Source of the DNA: Escherichia coli
GTDB lineage: Bacteria; Pseudomonadota; Gammaproteobacteria; Enterobacterales; Enterobacteriaceae
Assembly (NCBI RefSeq): GCF_016026235.1
Contig: NZ_CP065613.1
Strand: one strand, 5' to 3'
Length of the DNA stretch: 64,000 nt
In this document: positions 33,266 to 44,633 of the stretch, in pieces
Numbering within the stretch: the first letter of the stretch is position 1
Layout: each line of letters opens with the position of its first letter
Made by a program: the position numbers and the translations under genes
The notes under the pieces: model-generated
What the model was told of the DNA's origin: nothing
The model's input: only the letters and a program-made list of their open reading frames with translations
Databases searched by the model: none

Positions 33266-33694
33266 TTACTGTTGTAATTGACGAATATGGGAGACGACGT
33301 CCAGGCAACTGTTGCGCCCAGCTTCCACCAGATCGGCCACGCAGGCGGTCAGTGGGCCATGTTCGCGCTTGTCCAGCGCCTCCAGCAGCAGCGAGGCATT
33401 AAGCCCGGAGATCACCGCCACCGGATAATCGGCGCTCAGCCGCGCCGCCACGTTAGAGGTGGTGCCGCCGATAAAATCGGTCACGATAAGCGAACCTTCC
33501 GGCATGGTTTTCACCACGGCTTCGACGCGCTGGTAAAACTCGCCCAGCGTATCGACGGGCATCAGCGCGATTTCCGTCACGCCTTCGATTTCGCCCATCA
33601 CCATGCGCAGACTGTTGCAGAGCTGCAGCCCCCAGCCGCCGTGAGTTAGCAGCAGAATTTCAGGTAACGGATGAATAGGTACAGTTGTGGTCAA
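33266..33694 (-). CDS. Mannose-family PTS EIIA component (DgaA-like), probable TTG start
   Basis: 142 aa; AAGGAGG Shine-Dalgarno 6 nt upstream of TTG; no in-frame ATG until codon 31. Confidence 0.75.
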   Translation of the reverse strand: MTTTVPIHPLPEILLLTHGGWGLQLCNSLRMVMGEIEGVTEIALMPVDTLGEFYQRVEAVVKTMPEGSLIVTDFIGGTTSNVAARLSADYPVAVISGLNASLLLEALDKREHGPLTACVADLVEAGRNSCLDVVSHIRQLQQ

Positions 33695-33732
33695 AATAGC
33701 CTCCTTTGCTCCAGTGTTTACATTTCATCAGG

Positions 33733-33748
33733 AGCAAAGGACGTGCCA
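33733..33748 (-). promoter_or_regulatory. Sigma-54 (-24/-12) promoter for the PTS operon
   Basis: Minus-strand TGGCACGTCCTTTGCT, a full match to TGGCACG-N4-TTGCW, about 40 bp upstream of the EIIA start and next to a sigma-54 activator gene. Confidence 0.75.
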
Positions 33749-33812
33749 GAATTTGTGTCACGCACAGAGGAAATGAGATTGGATGGGGCGTTAAGCCCCG
33801 TAAACCAGGGGA

Positions 33813-36611
33813 TCAGCTGTAGAGCAGTTCGTAGATATAAAAATATTCTGCGTCCGATAAACGGATAGCGTAAGCCTCTTCAATCGGCAAAAAGGAGGAT
33901 TTGATGACGCTAAAGGCACGAGCGTCCAGATCAAGCCGGTTTTCTAGCGCCATCTGTAACGGTTTGCGGTTAATCACGATACGCTCGACCATGCAGCAGC
34001 AGTGGATCAGAAAACGTAGTGTCACCTGGCGGCTCGGTTTCAGGGAGAGCGTGTTGGTTAAGTAGTTCAGAACATCCTCGATCTCTTTCAGAATTCGCTG
34101 CGGGTTGAGCACCGAAATATGGTTGATGATGCTCTCCATGGTCAGCGCGCTGATAAAGCGCATGGCGCTGCGCTCCATCTCCAGTCGGCGCTCGCTGCTT
34201 GAGAGATCCGGCGTCAGCAGGCTGAGCACCAGCTCCGGCCCTTGCTCGGAAAACAGTTCCTCCAGCGAGATAAACGGTATATCCGGCAGTCCCGGCTGGA
34301 AGGTGCCGACGATCCCTGCCAGCCGTTCACTGGCATTAAGCGCCTGCTGAATACGCTCCAGGCTGCGCACCTCGTTATAGTCGAGAATCACCATACGCGT
34401 GTCCTGCGACATCAGCTCGCCAAAGCTCTCCTCCAGCACCTTTTTGATCTTTTCCGCCGTCCCCATTCCGGTTATACATGAGATAACCAGCACTTTGCCA
34501 CCGCTCTCTTGCTGCGGCGTGCAGAGCCGACAAGGGATATTTTTACTCTGCATAAGCACAGCCAATTGCGATAGATCGCCAGTTTCGTAGCTTAAATCCA
34601 GCCCAACCTCCAGCAGGCTGGTCAGAGTGATATTTGGCAACAACAGAACGTCAATCTGGAACAGCTTGCTGATGGTGCTGCCAAAATGGACCAGCGATCC
34701 GATATCCACCATCAGTATCAGCCGCTGCCAGCACCGGTCCTGAATCATCCGGGTCAGGGTTTCCAGGGTGTCATGCACCGACTGCTCAAATGGCATATCA
34801 ATTGCGTAGAACAGATCGCGCTCCAGCACCCGGTTCACATATTGCGCCTGGCTCGTTGCGGTGGTCGCACCGTGAGCGATTAGAATCACGCCGCAATCCG
34901 GGCTGGTGTCGATGCGCTGGCGGTAGTGGCGACACTCTTTCAGGAACAGGCACAGCCAGACCACCTCCGTCGCCGGGCACTGAATATGCAACAACTCATT
35001 GATTTTGCGGCACAGAAGCGTGGCATTGTCATACTCATCTTTACAGCGATCCAGAATCAGGCTGGATGAATAGAGTTGAGGTATAAGCCCTCGCCGCACA
35101 TAGCCAATCAGCGCAAGAAAGTGTTTACGTAACGGGTTCGCCAGGTTTTCTGGCAATGTAAATCCTAATACCTGCTCCACGTAACCGATCAGCAGCGTCA
35201 CACGCTCCTCAATTTGATCGCCATAGCGCGGTGGATGCGCCGCACTATGGCGGCTATAAAGACCATATTCAAAAATCGAACTGAGTTTGTTTTTCAGGAT
35301 AGCCAGCGTTTCTGCGGGCGGCACGTTACTGTTGCGCAGATTGACATATTCACGAGTCAGGAAACTGTAAAACAGGTCGCTCTCTTCTATTTCCGCGCTG
35401 GTCGCCAACGAATTTTTTAACGCGGGCAACGTACGCGCATCCACGTTCAGACGATCTTTACCGCCAAACAACGCATCGACCAGCAGACGCTGCTCTGGCG
35501 TGGTATTAAACGACATCTCCGCCAGTCGTTTATCTAACTCTAGCGTATCATTACGCTCGGTCATTCCCGACGCCCACGCCTGCGCGCACAAGAACTGAAT
35601 ATCACTTTTAAGCTGGCCGATATTGCCTTCCAGGGGTTTACTTAACAACCAATGCAAGAGCGTTTTATCAAGGCTTATGGTACGTTCAATTTTACGACTT
35701 TCACGCTGAAAAAAGCTTACAATCAATTCGAGCTGCTCCTCGACCGAACGCTGGCGAATACCCGGTAAGTCAATACATACCTGGATACGCCGCTGGAAGG
35801 TACGCAATAGTGCCGAGTTGACCGACTCTGTAGTGGCGCAAATAAGGCGCACCGAAATTGAATATGTTGGCCCACTTGAACCAAGTGGGCGGTATTCACC
35901 TTTATCGAGAATAGAAAAGAGCTTCTCTTGTCCTTCGTACGGGAGGCGATGCACTTCATCCAGAAGTAAATAACCTCCGTCAGCTTGCTCCACCAATCCC
36001 GTTTTATTCTCACTTGCCCCGGTAAATGCCCCCTTATGGTGACCAAACAGATGTGAGGAAAGCAACTCCGGATTATGAGCATATTCGGCACAGTTAAAGT
36101 AAACCAACGGAGGTGGCGAACCTATGGTGTGCTTGCAAGCGAAGCAATGCATTAACTCAGCAAAGAATGTTTTGCCAACACCAGATGCACCGGTTAACAG
36201 CACATGTAGTCCGTGGGGATAAAGCACCGCTGCGCGGCCTTTTTCTACCGCATCACGGAGACTACGGTCGTATCCGATAAGTCCGGAAAACGGATCATCA
36301 TCTGTATATTTTTCTTTCTTTGGCAATAAACTAGCCACTGAATGAACTATGCATTCGCAATCATCCAGTTTTCGATTAATGAGCAATTCTAGTGCGTGAC
36401 GATGTAGAAAAAAAACAGGACGTCCCTGACTTTTTACCACCAGGCCTTCATTCCATAATTGATTAAGATCTTTACTAACCGAGTTGCGTGCCAGCCCAAG
36501 GTTAAAACCAATCGCCTCAGCAGTAAATGCTTTCTCCTTCGCTAAATCAGACAGTTCCAGCCCATACGTCAGCCGCTCCAGCTCCTTGTGAATAACATCA
36601 ATCCGTCTCAT
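33813..36611 (-). CDS. Sigma-54-dependent LevR-type transcriptional activator with PRD and PTS-regulatory domains (DgaR-like)
   Basis: ORF trimmed to ATG giving MRRIDVIHK...; AAA+ core with Walker A GASGVGKT and the GAFTGA motif. Confidence 0.85.
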   Translation of the reverse strand: MRRIDVIHKELERLTYGLELSDLAKEKAFTAEAIGFNLGLARNSVSKDLNQLWNEGLVVKSQGRPVFFLHRHALELLINRKLDDCECIVHSVASLLPKKEKYTDDDPFSGLIGYDRSLRDAVEKGRAAVLYPHGLHVLLTGASGVGKTFFAELMHCFACKHTIGSPPPLVYFNCAEYAHNPELLSSHLFGHHKGAFTGASENKTGLVEQADGGYLLLDEVHRLPYEGQEKLFSILDKGEYRPLGSSGPTYSISVRLICATTESVNSALLRTFQRRIQVCIDLPGIRQRSVEEQLELIVSFFQRESRKIERTISLDKTLLHWLLSKPLEGNIGQLKSDIQFLCAQAWASGMTERNDTLELDKRLAEMSFNTTPEQRLLVDALFGGKDRLNVDARTLPALKNSLATSAEIEESDLFYSFLTREYVNLRNSNVPPAETLAILKNKLSSIFEYGLYSRHSAAHPPRYGDQIEERVTLLIGYVEQVLGFTLPENLANPLRKHFLALIGYVRRGLIPQLYSSSLILDRCKDEYDNATLLCRKINELLHIQCPATEVVWLCLFLKECRHYRQRIDTSPDCGVILIAHGATTATSQAQYVNRVLERDLFYAIDMPFEQSVHDTLETLTRMIQDRCWQRLILMVDIGSLVHFGSTISKLFQIDVLLLPNITLTSLLEVGLDLSYETGDLSQLAVLMQSKNIPCRLCTPQQESGGKVLVISCITGMGTAEKIKKVLEESFGELMSQDTRMVILDYNEVRSLERIQQALNASERLAGIVGTFQPGLPDIPFISLEELFSEQGPELVLSLLTPDLSSSERRLEMERSAMRFISALTMESIINHISVLNPQRILKEIEDVLNYLTNTLSLKPSRQVTLRFLIHCCCMVERIVINRKPLQMALENRLDLDARAFSVIKSSFLPIEEAYAIRLSDAEYFYIYELLYS

Positions 36612-36869
36612 TTCTTTACCGCTTAAAAAACAATAGTTGTTCAGAACATACACTATTTGTAAACGTAAGAATGAGAACTATCGGGAAGAATTAATGTTCC
36701 TTGTGGCAATCTGGTTTCTGAATATTCGTGTTTTAAATATTACTTATGGTCTGAAACAACCAGGCAGGTGAACAGAGCTAAGAAAAAGTAGCGTAGAAAT
36801 ATAAAAACATATATCGCACTGATGAATGTTTCCCGGCATGACTATGCACACCGGGAAATATTTAGTAAA

Positions 36870-37790
36870 TTACTCGCCCTTTTTCGCCGCCTGAATATAC
36901 AGCATCTCCAGCGCCAGCGTCGCCGCAGCCAGAGCGGTGATTTCCGACTGATCATATGCCGGAGCCACTTCCACTACGTCCATCCCAACGATGTTGAGAT
37001 CTTTCAGGCCGCGTACCAGTTTAATAGCGCGATCGGAGGTCAGGCCGCCAATCACTGGCGTACCGGTGCCTGGTGCAAAAGCAGGATCCAGGCAGTCGAT
37101 ATCAAAGGTCAGGTAAACCGGCATATCACCCACAATCTGTTTCACCTGGGCGATAACGTCATCCACGCTGCGATCGTTCACCTGGCAGGCGTCCAGTACG
37201 GTAAAGCCGTTGTCTTTATCAAACTCGGTACGAATACCAATCTGCACGGAATGATTCGGGTCGATCAGACCTTCTTTCGGCGCGGTATAGAACATGGTGC
37301 CGTGGTCAAATTCACAACCGTTCGCGTAGGTATCGGTGTGGGCGTCGAAGTGTACCAGCGCCATTTTGCCGAAATGCTTAGCATGAGCACGCAGCAGCGG
37401 CAGCGTAACAAAGTGGTCACCACCGAAAGAGAGCATACGCTTACCGGCAGCCAGCAACTTCTCGGCGTGTGCCTGCAGTTTTTCGCTCATCTCACGGGCA
37501 TCGCCGAAGGCATATACCAGATCACCGCAGTCCACGACGTTCAGGCGCTCACGCATGTCGAAATTCCACGGGAAGCGGTTGTGTTCCCAGGCCAGATTCG
37601 TCGAAACCTGACGGATCGCTGCCGGACCGTGACGACCACCGGCACGGCCAGAGGTGGCCATGTCGAACGGCACGCCGGTGATCACCCAGTCGGCATCGCT
37701 GTCATACGGCTGGAAGTTCATCGGCAGGCGTAAAAAACCAAAGGCGTTGGAAACCAGTGAGTTATCGTATTGATGACCTAAGGTGCTCAT
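36870..37790 (-). CDS. speB: Agmatinase
   Basis: ORF trimmed to [13 protein letters not shown]...; 306 aa. Confidence 0.95.
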   Translation of the reverse strand: MSTLGHQYDNSLVSNAFGFLRLPMNFQPYDSDADWVITGVPFDMATSGRAGGRHGPAAIRQVSTNLAWEHNRFPWNFDMRERLNVVDCGDLVYAFGDAREMSEKLQAHAEKLLAAGKRMLSFGGDHFVTLPLLRAHAKHFGKMALVHFDAHTDTYANGCEFDHGTMFYTAPKEGLIDPNHSVQIGIRTEFDKDNGFTVLDACQVNDRSVDDVIAQVKQIVGDMPVYLTFDIDCLDPAFAPGTGTPVIGGLTSDRAIKLVRGLKDLNIVGMDVVEVAPAYDQSEITALAAATLALEMLYIQAAKKGE

Positions 37791-37924
37791 GGATGGACTC
37801 CTATTACAAAGTCGATATAAAAAACCCTTCCGCGTCGTTAGGCCCGACGAGGAAGGGTTGGATTTGCGAAACACAAGTTTGTGCTAATTATCGCCTTAAA
37901 TGGGCGAGGCATCAAGCGAGGTTG

Positions 37925-38656
37925 CTATTTCCGACACGGTGGCGGCGCATAGCCATTGTTATCTGCCGGAAAGGCTTGTCCAGAGCACGGCGGCAGCGCG
38001 TTTTGCGCTGGGCCTTGTAATTCAAAGGCGGCAAAGCCGATTACCCCGGTATTACGCACATCGCCTTGCGCCGAATTGGCTGCGTAGGAATCAGCAACGT
38101 TGGCGAACTGAAAAGCCGCTTCGGTATGTTTATCTTTGCGGAATCCTTTAATCGCTAACGAATCTCCGGCATTCACAATATAGCCGTTGTTATTCAGCGA
38201 ACCTTGCTTGCCGTTCAGCACATCCATGCCATCAACCGTAGCAACGATCTCGTAGTTGGTGTTACGACTGTAATTACGGACATATAATTGATAATTCATT
38301 CCGACTCTGGCATGGACAATATAGCGTGGTTCATTATTGGATGAATCATAAACACGCGTAATAGGTAGAGAATTAAAATTACCATCGCGAATAGCATATT
38401 CCAGTTCGTTAATACGAATGCTATAAACGCGGTCATAGCCGGAAGGAACATTAGTCGAATAACTAATAACGATCATCTCTGCAGGATCGCGCCAGGCTCG
38501 TTCAGCAGATACGCCCTGGACCGATGAGTGCACATCCCCACCCCAGGCGGTGCCGACATTGCCCGATGCACTGCTATTATACTGCGCATTACTGGAACAA
38601 CCGGCCAGCAGCACGATTAATGCCACCAACGCGCTACGTACTTTCCATTTTTTCAT
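37925..38656 (-). CDS. Hypothetical lipoprotein (243 aa), no family recognised
   Basis: Signal peptide with lipobox LLAGC (MKKWKVRSALVALIVLLAGCSS); lies between speA and speB. Confidence 0.6.
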   Translation of the reverse strand: MKKWKVRSALVALIVLLAGCSSNAQYNSSASGNVGTAWGGDVHSSVQGVSAERAWRDPAEMIVISYSTNVPSGYDRVYSIRINELEYAIRDGNFNSLPITRVYDSSNNEPRYIVHARVGMNYQLYVRNYSRNTNYEIVATVDGMDVLNGKQGSLNNNGYIVNAGDSLAIKGFRKDKHTEAAFQFANVADSYAANSAQGDVRNTGVIGFAAFELQGPAQNALPPCSGQAFPADNNGYAPPPCRK

Positions 38657-38739
38657 AACCGTTCCCTCTGCATTTAATTAATGCAGCGATTGTAGGGAGA
38701 TTATTTAATAAGAAAAGCAGCCAGATTATTTTTAAGAAT

Positions 38740-38785
38740 ATATAAAAAGAAAGCGGGCCGATTTACGTAAATAAATCGACCCGCC
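38740..38785 (-). terminator. Intrinsic terminator downstream of speA
   Basis: 13-bp stem hairpin (GCGGGCCGATTTA / TAAATCGACCCGC) followed by a T-rich tract on the minus strand. Confidence 0.55.
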
Positions 38786-38801
38786 AGCGGAATAATCTTA
38801 A

Positions 38802-40778
38802 TTATTCATCTTCAAGATAAGTATAACCGTACAAACCTGCCTCGAACTCTTCAAGGAACTGTTGTTGCAGTTCAGCATCAAGATCGGTTTTCTTCACTTG
38901 ATCGCGGAACTGGGTTAACAGCGTTTTCGGATCGAGCTGTACATATTGCAGCATGTCCGCCACGGTATCGCCTTCGTCAGACAGTTCTACTTCTACGCTA
39001 CCGTCAGGGAACACGAACACGTCAACCGCTTCGGTATCACCGAACAGGTTGTGCATATTGCCAAGGATCTCCTGATATGCGCCGACCATAAAGAAACCGA
39101 GCATCGGCGGATTCTCTGGATCGTACTCCGGCATTGGCATTGTCGTGGCAATACCATCACCATCAATATAGTGGTCGATAGCACCGTCAGAGTCACAGGT
39201 AATATCCAGCAGCACAGCGCGGCGTTCCGGCACTTGATCCAGCCCTTCCAGCGGCAGAACCGGGAACAACTGGTCGATCCCCCACGCATCCGGCATCGAC
39301 TGGAACAGCGAGAAGTTGACGTACATTTTGTCTGCCATACGTTCCTGCAGCTCGTCGATAATCGGACGATGAGCACGGTTTTGCGGATCCAGTTGCTTCT
39401 GCACTTCATGGCACATGCTCAGATAGAGTTGTTCTGCCCATGCACGTTCTTGCAGGCTAAAGGTGCCGGAAGAGTAGCCGATATGAATGTCGTGCAGATC
39501 CATCTGGCTGTCGTGTAACCATTCACGCAAAGAACGGCGAGTTCCCGGTTCGTGCATCTCCTGCCAGGTTTCCCACATGCTTTGCAGCGCGCGCGGCGCA
39601 TCTTCTGCGGGCGCGGTCGGCACCGTATATTCGTTACGTTCCACGCCGATGATATTCGATACCAGCACGGTGTGATGCGCAGTTACCGCACGACCCGATT
39701 CGGTGATTACCGTCGGATGCGGCAGACCATTTTCTTCACACGCATCACCAATCGCCCAGATGATGTTGTTGGCGTATTCATTGAGGCCATAGTTTACGGA
39801 GCAGTCAGACTGCGAACGGGTGCCTTCATAGTCCACGCCCAGACCGCCGCCGACGTCGAAGCACTGAATATTGACGCCCAGCTTGTGCAGTTCCACATAG
39901 AAACGCGCGGATTCACGAACGCCTGTCGCGATATCGCGAATATTCGCCATCTGCGAACCGAGGTGGAAGTGCAGTAGTTGCAGGCTGTCGAGACGCCCGG
40001 CTTCACGCAGGGTTTCAACCAGTTGCAGTACCTGAGTCGCAGCCAGGCCGAACTTCGATTTTTCCCCGCCGGAGGACTGCCATTTACCCGAGCCCTGCGA
40101 GGCCAGACGTGCACGCACGCCCAGACGAGGAACGACATTCAGACGTTCTGCTTCATCCAGCACAATGGCGATTTCTGACATCTTCTCAATGACCAGATAG
40201 ACCTTGTGCCCCATCTTCTCGCCAATTAATGCCAGGCGGATATATTCGCGGTCTTTATAACCGTTGCAGACGATGACGCTACGGGTCATGCCAGCATGTG
40301 CCAGCACCGCCATCAACTCTGCTTTGGAACCGGCTTCCAGACCCAGCGGTTCGCCCGAATGAATCAGGGACTCGATCACGCGGCGGTGCTGGTTAACTTT
40401 GATCGGATAAACAAGGAAGTAATCGCCGTTATAGCCGTAGGATTCCCTCGCACGTTTGAACGCGGCGTTAATGGAACGCAAACGGTGCTGCAGGATCTGT
40501 GGGAAACAGAACAGTGCAGGCAGACGCTGACCCTGTGCTTCACGAGTTTTCACTAACTGCGCGAGATCGACGCGAGCTTCCGGGACGTCCGGGTCTGGGC
40601 ACACGCTGATGTGGCCCAGCTCGTTAACGTCATAGTAGTTATTGCCCCACCAGGCAATATTGTAAGTACGCAGCATCTTGCTGGCTTCCTGGGAGCTCAT
40701 TGCAACCTCCTGCATGGAGCGTAGTACACCGTGTTCGCCCGCTGACGAAGGCAAACCCATAGACATGTCGTCAGACAT
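38802..40778 (-). CDS. speA: Biosynthetic arginine decarboxylase
   Basis: ORF trimmed to [17 protein letters not shown]...; 658 aa. Confidence 0.97.
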
Positions 40779-40786
40779 AGCGAACC

Positions 40787-40918
40787 TCAAATTATTTTAT
40801 TAAGTGTAAAACAGTTAACGACTATCGCAGCCTGGAACTGCGATAACAACCCATAAGCACATGGATTTTCCAGCAGTGTATGCTGACGCTCCGACTGCGC
40901 AACCGGTTTCTTTTTCAT
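40787..40918 (-). CDS. yqgB: Small protein YqgB (43 aa)
   Basis: Manual translation [43 protein letters not shown], directly upstream of speA; below the ORF-track cutoff. Confidence 0.7.
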
Positions 40919-41053
40919 AACATTATTAAGCACATAACCGAACGTAAGTGTGACAGTTCGGCGAAACCACGAGAAAACTCTTGTTTTTACAAGAGCGCCC
41001 TTGTTCAGTCCTCAGTAACTGTAACCAGCTCTTGAATCCTGAGAAGCGCCGAG

Positions 41054-41269
41054 ATGGGTATAACATCGGCAGGTATGCAAAGCAGAGATGCAGAGTGCGG
41101 GGAACGAATCTTCACCAGAACGGTGAGACAGGTTAAGCAGCAGACAACGGTTCATTATTTCGTATCACCTCCACGGCCGCCTGTTAAGACGAACCCACAA
41201 GCCAAAACTCTGATTTCAACCCGGCTGGAAGTGGCAACACGAAAGAAACGTCGTGTGCTTTTTATTTAA
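41054..41269 (+). CDS. Small hypothetical protein; position and 71-aa length consistent with yqgC
   Basis: ORF track only; positional argument. Confidence 0.35.
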
Positions 41270-41572
41270 GCCGCGCGCCGCGTTTTATACCCCACAATGG
41301 CAGAAAATTGCAAAAGATAAATACGCAGAATGCCGGCATTGTCAGGAAAAATTTCCAGCCACGTTTTTAACAGAATGAGACACGATTCAAAAAAAAGTGG
41401 AAATCGGGTGAAGAATTGACCTAAAATAGCCATCCAGATGTTAATCCATCCATACCGATTAACACTCAGACTGCCAGTGTTTTTAACTTGCAGAGTCGTG
41501 GTAGGATCCGCTACCACAGAAAATCCACACAACAGTTTGAGCTAACCAAATTCTCTTTAGGTGATATTAAAT

Positions 41573-42727
41573 ATGGCAAAACACCTTTTTACGTCCGAGT
41601 CCGTCTCTGAAGGGCATCCTGACAAAATTGCTGACCAAATCTCTGATGCCGTTTTAGACGCGATCCTCGAACAGGATCCGAAAGCACGCGTTGCTTGCGA
41701 AACCTACGTAAAAACCGGCATGGTTTTAGTTGGCGGCGAAATCACCACCAGCGCCTGGGTAGACATCGAAGAGATCACCCGTAACACCGTTCGCGAAATT
41801 GGCTATGTGCATTCCGACATGGGCTTTGACGCTAACTCCTGTGCGGTTCTGAGCGCTATCGGCAAACAGTCTCCTGACATCAACCAGGGCGTTGACCGTG
41901 CCGATCCGCTGGAACAGGGCGCGGGTGACCAGGGTCTGATGTTTGGCTACGCAACTAATGAAACCGACGTGCTGATGCCAGCACCTATCACCTATGCACA
42001 CCGTCTGGTACAGCGTCAGGCTGAAGTGCGTAAAAACGGCACTCTGCCGTGGCTGCGCCCGGACGCGAAAAGCCAGGTGACTTTCCAGTATGACGACGGC
42101 AAAATCGTTGGTATTGATGCTGTCGTGCTTTCCACTCAGCACTCTGAAGAGATCGACCAGAAATCGCTGCAAGAAGCGGTAATGGAAGAGATCATCAAGC
42201 CAATTCTGCCCGCTGAATGGCTGACTTCTGCCACCAAATTCTTCATCAACCCGACCGGTCGTTTTGTTATCGGTGGCCCGATGGGTGACTGCGGTCTGAC
42301 TGGTCGTAAAATTATCGTTGATACCTACGGCGGCATGGCACGTCACGGTGGCGGAGCATTCTCTGGTAAAGATCCATCAAAAGTGGACCGTTCCGCAGCC
42401 TACGCAGCACGTTATGTCGCGAAAAACATCGTTGCTGCTGGCCTGGCCGATCGTTGTGAAATTCAGGTTTCCTACGCAATCGGCGTGGCTGAACCGACCT
42501 CCATCATGGTAGAAACTTTCGGTACTGAGAAAGTGCCTTCTGAACAACTGACTCTGCTGGTACGTGAGTTCTTCGACCTGCGCCCATACGGTCTGATTCA
42601 GATGCTGGATCTGCTGCACCCGATCTACAAAGAAACCGCAGCATACGGTCACTTTGGTCGTGAACATTTCCCGTGGGAAAAAACCGACAAAGCGCAGCTG
42701 CTGCGCGATGCTGCCGGTCTGAAGTAA
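41573..42727 (+). CDS. metK: S-adenosylmethionine synthetase
   Basis: ORF trimmed to [18 protein letters not shown]...; 384 aa. Confidence 0.97.
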
Positions 42728-42748
42728 TCTTTCTTCACCTGCTTTCAA

Positions 42749-42777
42749 AGGCCAGCCTCGCGCTGGCCTTTTTCTTT
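42749..42777 (+). terminator. Intrinsic terminator of metK
   Basis: Hairpin GGCCAGCCTCGCGCTGGCC followed by TTTTTC. Confidence 0.7.
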
Positions 42778-43162
42778 TACCTCACCGCGGTGGATAGGCA
42801 TTCACGCCGCATCCGGCAAAAAGCTGCCCGCACAATAACATCATTCTTCCTCAACACGTTTTATCGCAAATTATCATCACTACTGAAACCGATTACACCA
42901 ATAACACCAGCCAAATATTTGTAATATTTTCATATTATTATTCAGTTTTCACAGTTGTTACATTTCTTTTCAGTAAAGTCTTAATTGCAGATAACAGCGT
43001 TTAATCTATGATGATATAACTCAATTATTTTCATGCACTTAAACCATAACTAAGATAAATGTTAGTGTAAGCGATTACACTGATGTGATTTGCTTCACAT
43101 CTTTTTACGTCGTACTCACCTATCTTAATTCACAATAAAAAATAACCATATTGGAGGGCATC

Positions 43163-44557
43163 ATGCCTGACGCTAAAAAACAGGGGCGGTCAAACAAGGC
43201 AATGACGTTTTTCGTCTGCTTCCTTGCCGCTCTGGCGGGATTACTCTTTGGCCTGGATATCGGTGTAATTGCTGGCGCACTGCCGTTTATTGCAGATGAA
43301 TTCCAGATTACTTCGCACACGCAAGAATGGGTCGTAAGCTCCATGATGTTCGGTGCGGCAGTCGGTGCGGTGGGCAGCGGCTGGCTCTCCTTTAAACTCG
43401 GGCGCAAAAAGAGCCTGATGATCGGCGCAATTTTGTTTGTTGCCGGTTCGCTGTTCTCTGCGGCTGCGCCAAACGTTGAAGTACTGATTCTTTCCCGCGT
43501 TCTACTGGGGCTGGCGGTGGGTGTGGCCTCTTATACCGCACCGCTGTACCTCTCTGAAATTGCGCCGGAAAAAATTCGTGGCAGTATGATCTCGATGTAT
43601 CAGTTGATGATCACTATCGGGATCCTCGGTGCTTATCTTTCTGATACCGCCTTCAGCTACACCGGTGCATGGCGCTGGATGCTGGGTGTGATTATCATCC
43701 CGGCAATTTTGCTGCTGATTGGTGTCTTCTTCCTGCCAGACAGCCCACGTTGGTTTGTCGCCAAACGCCGTTTTGTTGATGCCGAACGCGTGCTGCTACG
43801 CCTGCGCGACACCAGCGCGGAAGCGAAACGCGAACTGGATGAAATCCGTGAAAGTTTGCAGGTTAAACAGAGTGGCTGGGCGCTGTTTAAAGAGAACAGC
43901 AACTTCCGCCGCGCGGTGTTCCTTGGCGTACTGTTGCAGGTAATGCAGCAATTCACCGGGATGAACGTCATCATGTATTACGCGCCGAAAATCTTCGAAC
44001 TGGCGGGTTATACCAACACCACAGAGCAAATGTGGGGGACAGTGATTGTCGGCCTGACCAACGTACTTGCCACCTTTATCGCAATCGGCCTTGTTGACCG
44101 CTGGGGACGTAAACCAACGCTAACGCTGGGCTTCCTGGTGATGGCTGCTGGCATGGGCGTACTCGGTACAATGATGCATATCGGTATTCACTCTCCGTCA
44201 GCGCAGTATTTCGCCATCGCCATGCTGCTGATGTTTATTGTCGGTTTTGCCATGAGTGCCGGTCCGCTGATTTGGGTACTGTGCTCCGAAATTCAGCCGC
44301 TGAAAGGCCGCGATTTTGGCATCACCTGCTCCACCGCCACCAACTGGATTGCCAACATGATCGTTGGCGCAACGTTCCTGACCATGCTCAACACGCTGGG
44401 TAACGCCAACACCTTCTGGGTGTATGCGGCTCTGAACGTACTGTTTATCCTGCTGACATTGTGGCTGGTACCGGAAACCAAACACGTTTCGCTGGAACAT
44501 ATTGAACGTAATCTGATGAAAGGTCGTAAACTGCGCGAAATCGGCGCTCACGATTAA
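43163..44557 (+). CDS. galP: Galactose:H+ symporter (MFS)
   Basis: ORF trimmed to [12 protein letters not shown]...; 464 aa. Confidence 0.95.
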   Translation: MPDAKKQGRSNKAMTFFVCFLAALAGLLFGLDIGVIAGALPFIADEFQITSHTQEWVVSSMMFGAAVGAVGSGWLSFKLGRKKSLMIGAILFVAGSLFSAAAPNVEVLILSRVLLGLAVGVASYTAPLYLSEIAPEKIRGSMISMYQLMITIGILGAYLSDTAFSYTGAWRWMLGVIIIPAILLLIGVFFLPDSPRWFVAKRRFVDAERVLLRLRDTSAEAKRELDEIRESLQVKQSGWALFKENSNFRRAVFLGVLLQVMQQFTGMNVIMYYAPKIFELAGYTNTTEQMWGTVIVGLTNVLATFIAIGLVDRWGRKPTLTLGFLVMAAGMGVLGTMMHIGIHSPSAQYFAIAMLLMFIVGFAMSAGPLIWVLCSEIQPLKGRDFGITCSTATNWIANMIVGATFLTMLNTLGNANTFWVYAALNVLFILLTLWLVPETKHVSLEHIERNLMKGRKLREIGAHD

Positions 44558-44633
44558 TCTCCTCAGGCTTCCTCCCGTCGCGGAGGAAGCCGCCTCTTGC
44601 AGTCATCTTTTCTTCGCTCTATCCTCTGCCGCT

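Noticed and set aside
41266-41532. 88-aa minus-strand ORF upstream of metK, considered as yqgD by position
   Set aside because: Position and size fit the K-12 yqgD slot, but I cannot confirm the sequence from memory and it overlaps the probable metK promoter, so it is not listed as a feature.
41270-41572. Possible SAM riboswitch in the metK leader
   Set aside because: No S-box-like conserved helices are visible; enterobacterial metK is regulated by the MetJ repressor rather than a riboswitch (established knowledge). MetJ boxes were not confidently located either, so none is annotated.
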